Assembly: GCA_032718475.1 (NCBI GenBank)
Contig: JAUCBJ010005572.1
Span: 1 to 64,000 of the forward strand
Direction of reading: 5' to 3'
DNA length: 64,000 bases
DNA from: Nemertoderma westbladi
Taxonomy: Eukaryota > Animalia > Xenacoelomorpha
Of the stretch, positions 60,786 to 64,000 are shown one piece after another (position 1 is the stretch's first letter; each line of letters begins with the position of its first letter). The translations under genes were made by a program, and so were the position numbers. The notes under the pieces are model-generated. The model was not told the origin of the DNA and searched no databases. It saw only the letters and a list, made by a program, of their open reading frames with translations.

Positions 60786-62030
60786 GTGAAGTTGAGTCGT
60801 CCAATATTTTGGACTGAGGGGGGTGAAAATGAGGGCGAGACGCCCTTCCCACACAAATAAATAATTATTTAAATAAAAAAAAAAAAAATTAAGTAATCAA
60901 ATAATTAAATAAGAAGAAGGTAGAAAGTAATAGTTAAAAATAGTAAGAATAGTAAGTAGCAGAATAGTAATAGTAAGAAGTTAGTAGTCAGATAGTTAGT
61001 AGAAGCTAGATAGTAAGTAGAAAGTTAGAAGATAGTACGTAGTAGTTAGAAGATAGTAATTAAGTTACCGTTAGAAGTCGGCGGGTATAGGGAGTGTGGT
61101 ATATAGACATACCACGGGAGTAGGAGGGTACGTAGTACCGAGAGAGTTAGAAGTCGGCGGGTATAGGGAGTGTGGTATATAGACATACCACGGGAGTAGG
61201 AGGGTACGTAGTACTGAGAGGGTTAGAAGTCGGCGGGTATAAGGGAGTGTGGTATATTCACATGCCACGAGTAGTAGAGGGGTTGTGGGCACCGCAAGCG
61301 CCACGTAGACAGAGGTAGTAGCAGAGTTAGAAGTAGTAGTAGAGTGGTTGTGGGCACCGCAAGCGCCACGTAGATGGAGGTAGTAAGCAGAGTGGTTGTG
61401 GGCACCGCAAGCGCCACATAGATAGAGGTGGTAGCAGAGTTAGAGGTAGCAGTAGAATTAGGAGTTAGTAGAGTTAGAGTTAGTAGAGGTAGAGAGTTAG
61501 TAGAAGTAGAGAGTTAGAAAGCTAATAGAGTTAGAGTTAGAATCAGTAGAGTTAGAGTTAGTAGAGTAAGTAGCAAGTTCGACTTTAGATAAGGTAGATA
61601 GTATGATAGCACGGTATGATAGTATAAGAGATTAGGGCCTTAGAGAATAGAGGAGTATGAGAGAAGTCTGGAGATGAGACAGGATGCGAGAGAGAGTGCA
61701 GACAAGTGCGATTCAGGTGTGGGGAGAGAGTGAGAGTGTTAGAGTAGAGAGTAAGGTAGAGTGGAGAAGTGTTGGGGAAACAAAAATTGTGTGAGAGAAA
61801 CCCACAATTGGCCCGACACGGGACGCCAGATGTCTTGGTGCAAGATAGATGAAGTTGCACCAAGACAGGGTAGCGATATCATACCCATGGGTAGCGGCCT
61901 GGAAAGCCGGCTCCGAGGAAAAAATAACTCCACCCCACACCCAATAGTAGATCGGGTTTCCAGCGGAATTGAAGCGCGCTTAGAGGTTGATGCTATCTTC
62001 TCACCAGGAAGATAGCATGGGGGGGGGGAG

Positions 62031-62558
62031 TGTGAGCGGATTCAATTCCACCTCACCAACCCCCATACAGTTGGAAAGGGCGCCTTTAAGCAATATTGGG
62101 AAGTACGAGGTTGATTACCAATCAACCTCGTATCACCCCCAATAACGGGCACAATACACAGCCCCAAAGAGCCACACAATAGAGGTTAGAGGTCAAGCTA
62201 CCTCAAGGAGAGAGAGTAACAGCAGCGGGGGGGAAGCACTCCCACAGAGGTGAAGGCGAGAAGTAGGTTATCAACCAATGGGGGGACAGGAAAGGCATCC
62301 GCTGAGTAGTAGGGCCAAGGTAATGTAGGGTGATTAGATATATATTACCGGTCAATGTTTGTGCCATTCAGTTTAGTCAGTAGTTTACTCAGTCACTTAG
62401 GGTAGTATGGTGACACTTTAAGACCGTCACCGCCGTCACCAATCAGTTACCATATCATTACCGGTCAACCGTGCTATCTCAGACTCTCTTTTTCCATCAC
62501 ACGGTGCGGCTGACGCGTACATAAACCAAACTGGTCGGGATCCTCTGATCCCGTCACA
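62031..62558 (+). repeat. 3' LTR of copy B
   Basis: TG..CA ends; follows the PPT. Confidence 0.93.
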
Positions 62559-64000
62559 AGAAACAATTAGTTTCATAATCTACTCCCTCAGAAACATCAT
62601 GACGGCCAATTGAAAATTGTCCCATACTTTACCATTATAATGTCGATTACATTAGTGCACTGTATTAATGTAATATATGAAACCTGGAGGGCAGGAGTGT
62701 TATAATGCTTTAGGGTGATAGTAGGGGGAAGCATAGAAGTATGTATTTGAACTAAGAATCATTCCTGAGTTAACTAATCTTTGGGTTTATCCATGTAAAG
62801 TCCCGTACTTTACAATAAATATCACATGTAGTATTTTAGCAGATAAGAAGATCGGTAAGTACAGTAATTGATACAATTACAGAAATGGAAAGAATTTCTA
62901 AACTTTTCACAGAATACATCTGTACCAAGTTTGGTTATATTTCATCAATAATTGGCGGACTTATTTCGGTTTTTATCAAAATTTTGAATCTATCGGTACC
63001 AACAGACAGACAGTCTGATATGTAACCTTTGATTCTTAAACCTCAGATTATTTCCAAACTTTTGTCAGACTTCATACGTACCAGGTTTGGTTTAATTTCA
63101 TCTATAAATGACCATAATACAGCATTATCGATCAAAAATTAGACAGATGACAGACAACTCCTCAATGGCACCCATATGCTAAGACTTCGGCTCAATTTGT
63201 GGGCCGCCCCACATTTTGTATCCATATCTTGGTTGGAAATACTTAGTTGCACTTTATTATCACTAATTATCCAGAAATTACTGTTAGATCACAAGTGTAA
63301 GACCATTTCGACCATAAAATTCGTACAGGTCCCGTACTTTACTTAGCAATGTCCCATACTTTACCACACAAACCACGTTGTAAATAATTAGCAATGTAAC
63401 AATTAGTCTGATATTTATATTTTTATTTAAGCTAAATAATACAGCTTTATCCTAAACATCAACTCAACACCGTACCTGCGCACAATTCGCTAAACTTTAG
63501 AATTGAAATCATAAAATAGAAAAAACCATTTCGTACGAATCCGTACTTTACCTTAATTGGACAAGCTTGTTGCTGCACGTGTGAACTTAGCCTTTTAGAT
63601 TACTTATTTTACTAATTTTAAGCTCAAAACACCATTTTATATTGATAAAGTCGGTTACGATATAATATTGGCTATTTCTCGTTAGATAATTCCTTGTCTG
63701 AGGGTTGTGACGCCATCTAGTGCCATTATCTGCATATCCAGCTTGTATTCGGCCTGTATAAGGATCCACCTTATTGGCTATGCTCCTTACTGATAAGCTG
63801 ATATATAAGTACGATTAGTTCTGTGGTTGATTCACTCTTTTTGTTATTGTTGGACAGAAGAAGTCGTATTGCCCATGCAGAGGCACTGATCCCCGGTCAG
63901 GTTTAATTGACTGGTGGTTATTACAGGCCTAAGGTCTCCACTTAAAGAGTTAATAATTGAATTATAATTATTTATCGTTATATTGGATATTCTACTGGTA

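Larger units (their letters stand above)
54622..62558 (+). mobile_element. Bel/Pao-derived LTR element lacking RT/RH/IN (copy B, 7937 bp)
   Basis: LTRs at 54622-55214 (593 bp) and 62031-62558 (528 bp); TSD AGAAA; PPT at 62019-62030; same internal layout as copy A. Confidence 0.92.

Overview
AT-rich animal (probably invertebrate) nuclear DNA, roughly two-thirds transposon- or repeat-derived. It holds two intact single-ORF host genes: an Rdl/GABA-A-like Cys-loop chloride channel (28691-30139 +) and an SLC18B1-like MFS transporter (49006-50337 -). Mobile elements: (i) a GC-rich Ty3/Gypsy element with short LTRs and a CCAAG TSD (8564-13453 -); (ii) a full-length but decayed APE-RT LINE (Proto2-like) whose ORF1 carries SAP, a 15-aa repeat, a Ulp1/SENP-type protease, a coiled coil and an RRM (18976-25324 +); (iii) two related ~8 kb Bel/Pao-derived LTR elements (31147-39212 -, 54622-62558 +) encoding Gag, protease and a transmembrane tail but no RT, RNase H or integrase; (iv) a Harbinger derivative, five RTE fragments, HINE/MITE-like elements, 55-bp and 19-bp tandem arrays and several palindromes. 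Top candidate for something undescribed: neither Bel/Pao-derived element has a tRNA primer-binding site. Instead, the 9-10 nt directly after the 5' LTR are complementary to a hairpin loop inside the element's own LTR. The two sequences differ between the copies while the pairing is kept, which suggests tRNA-independent self-priming. All family assignments come from motif recognition by eye, not database searches.
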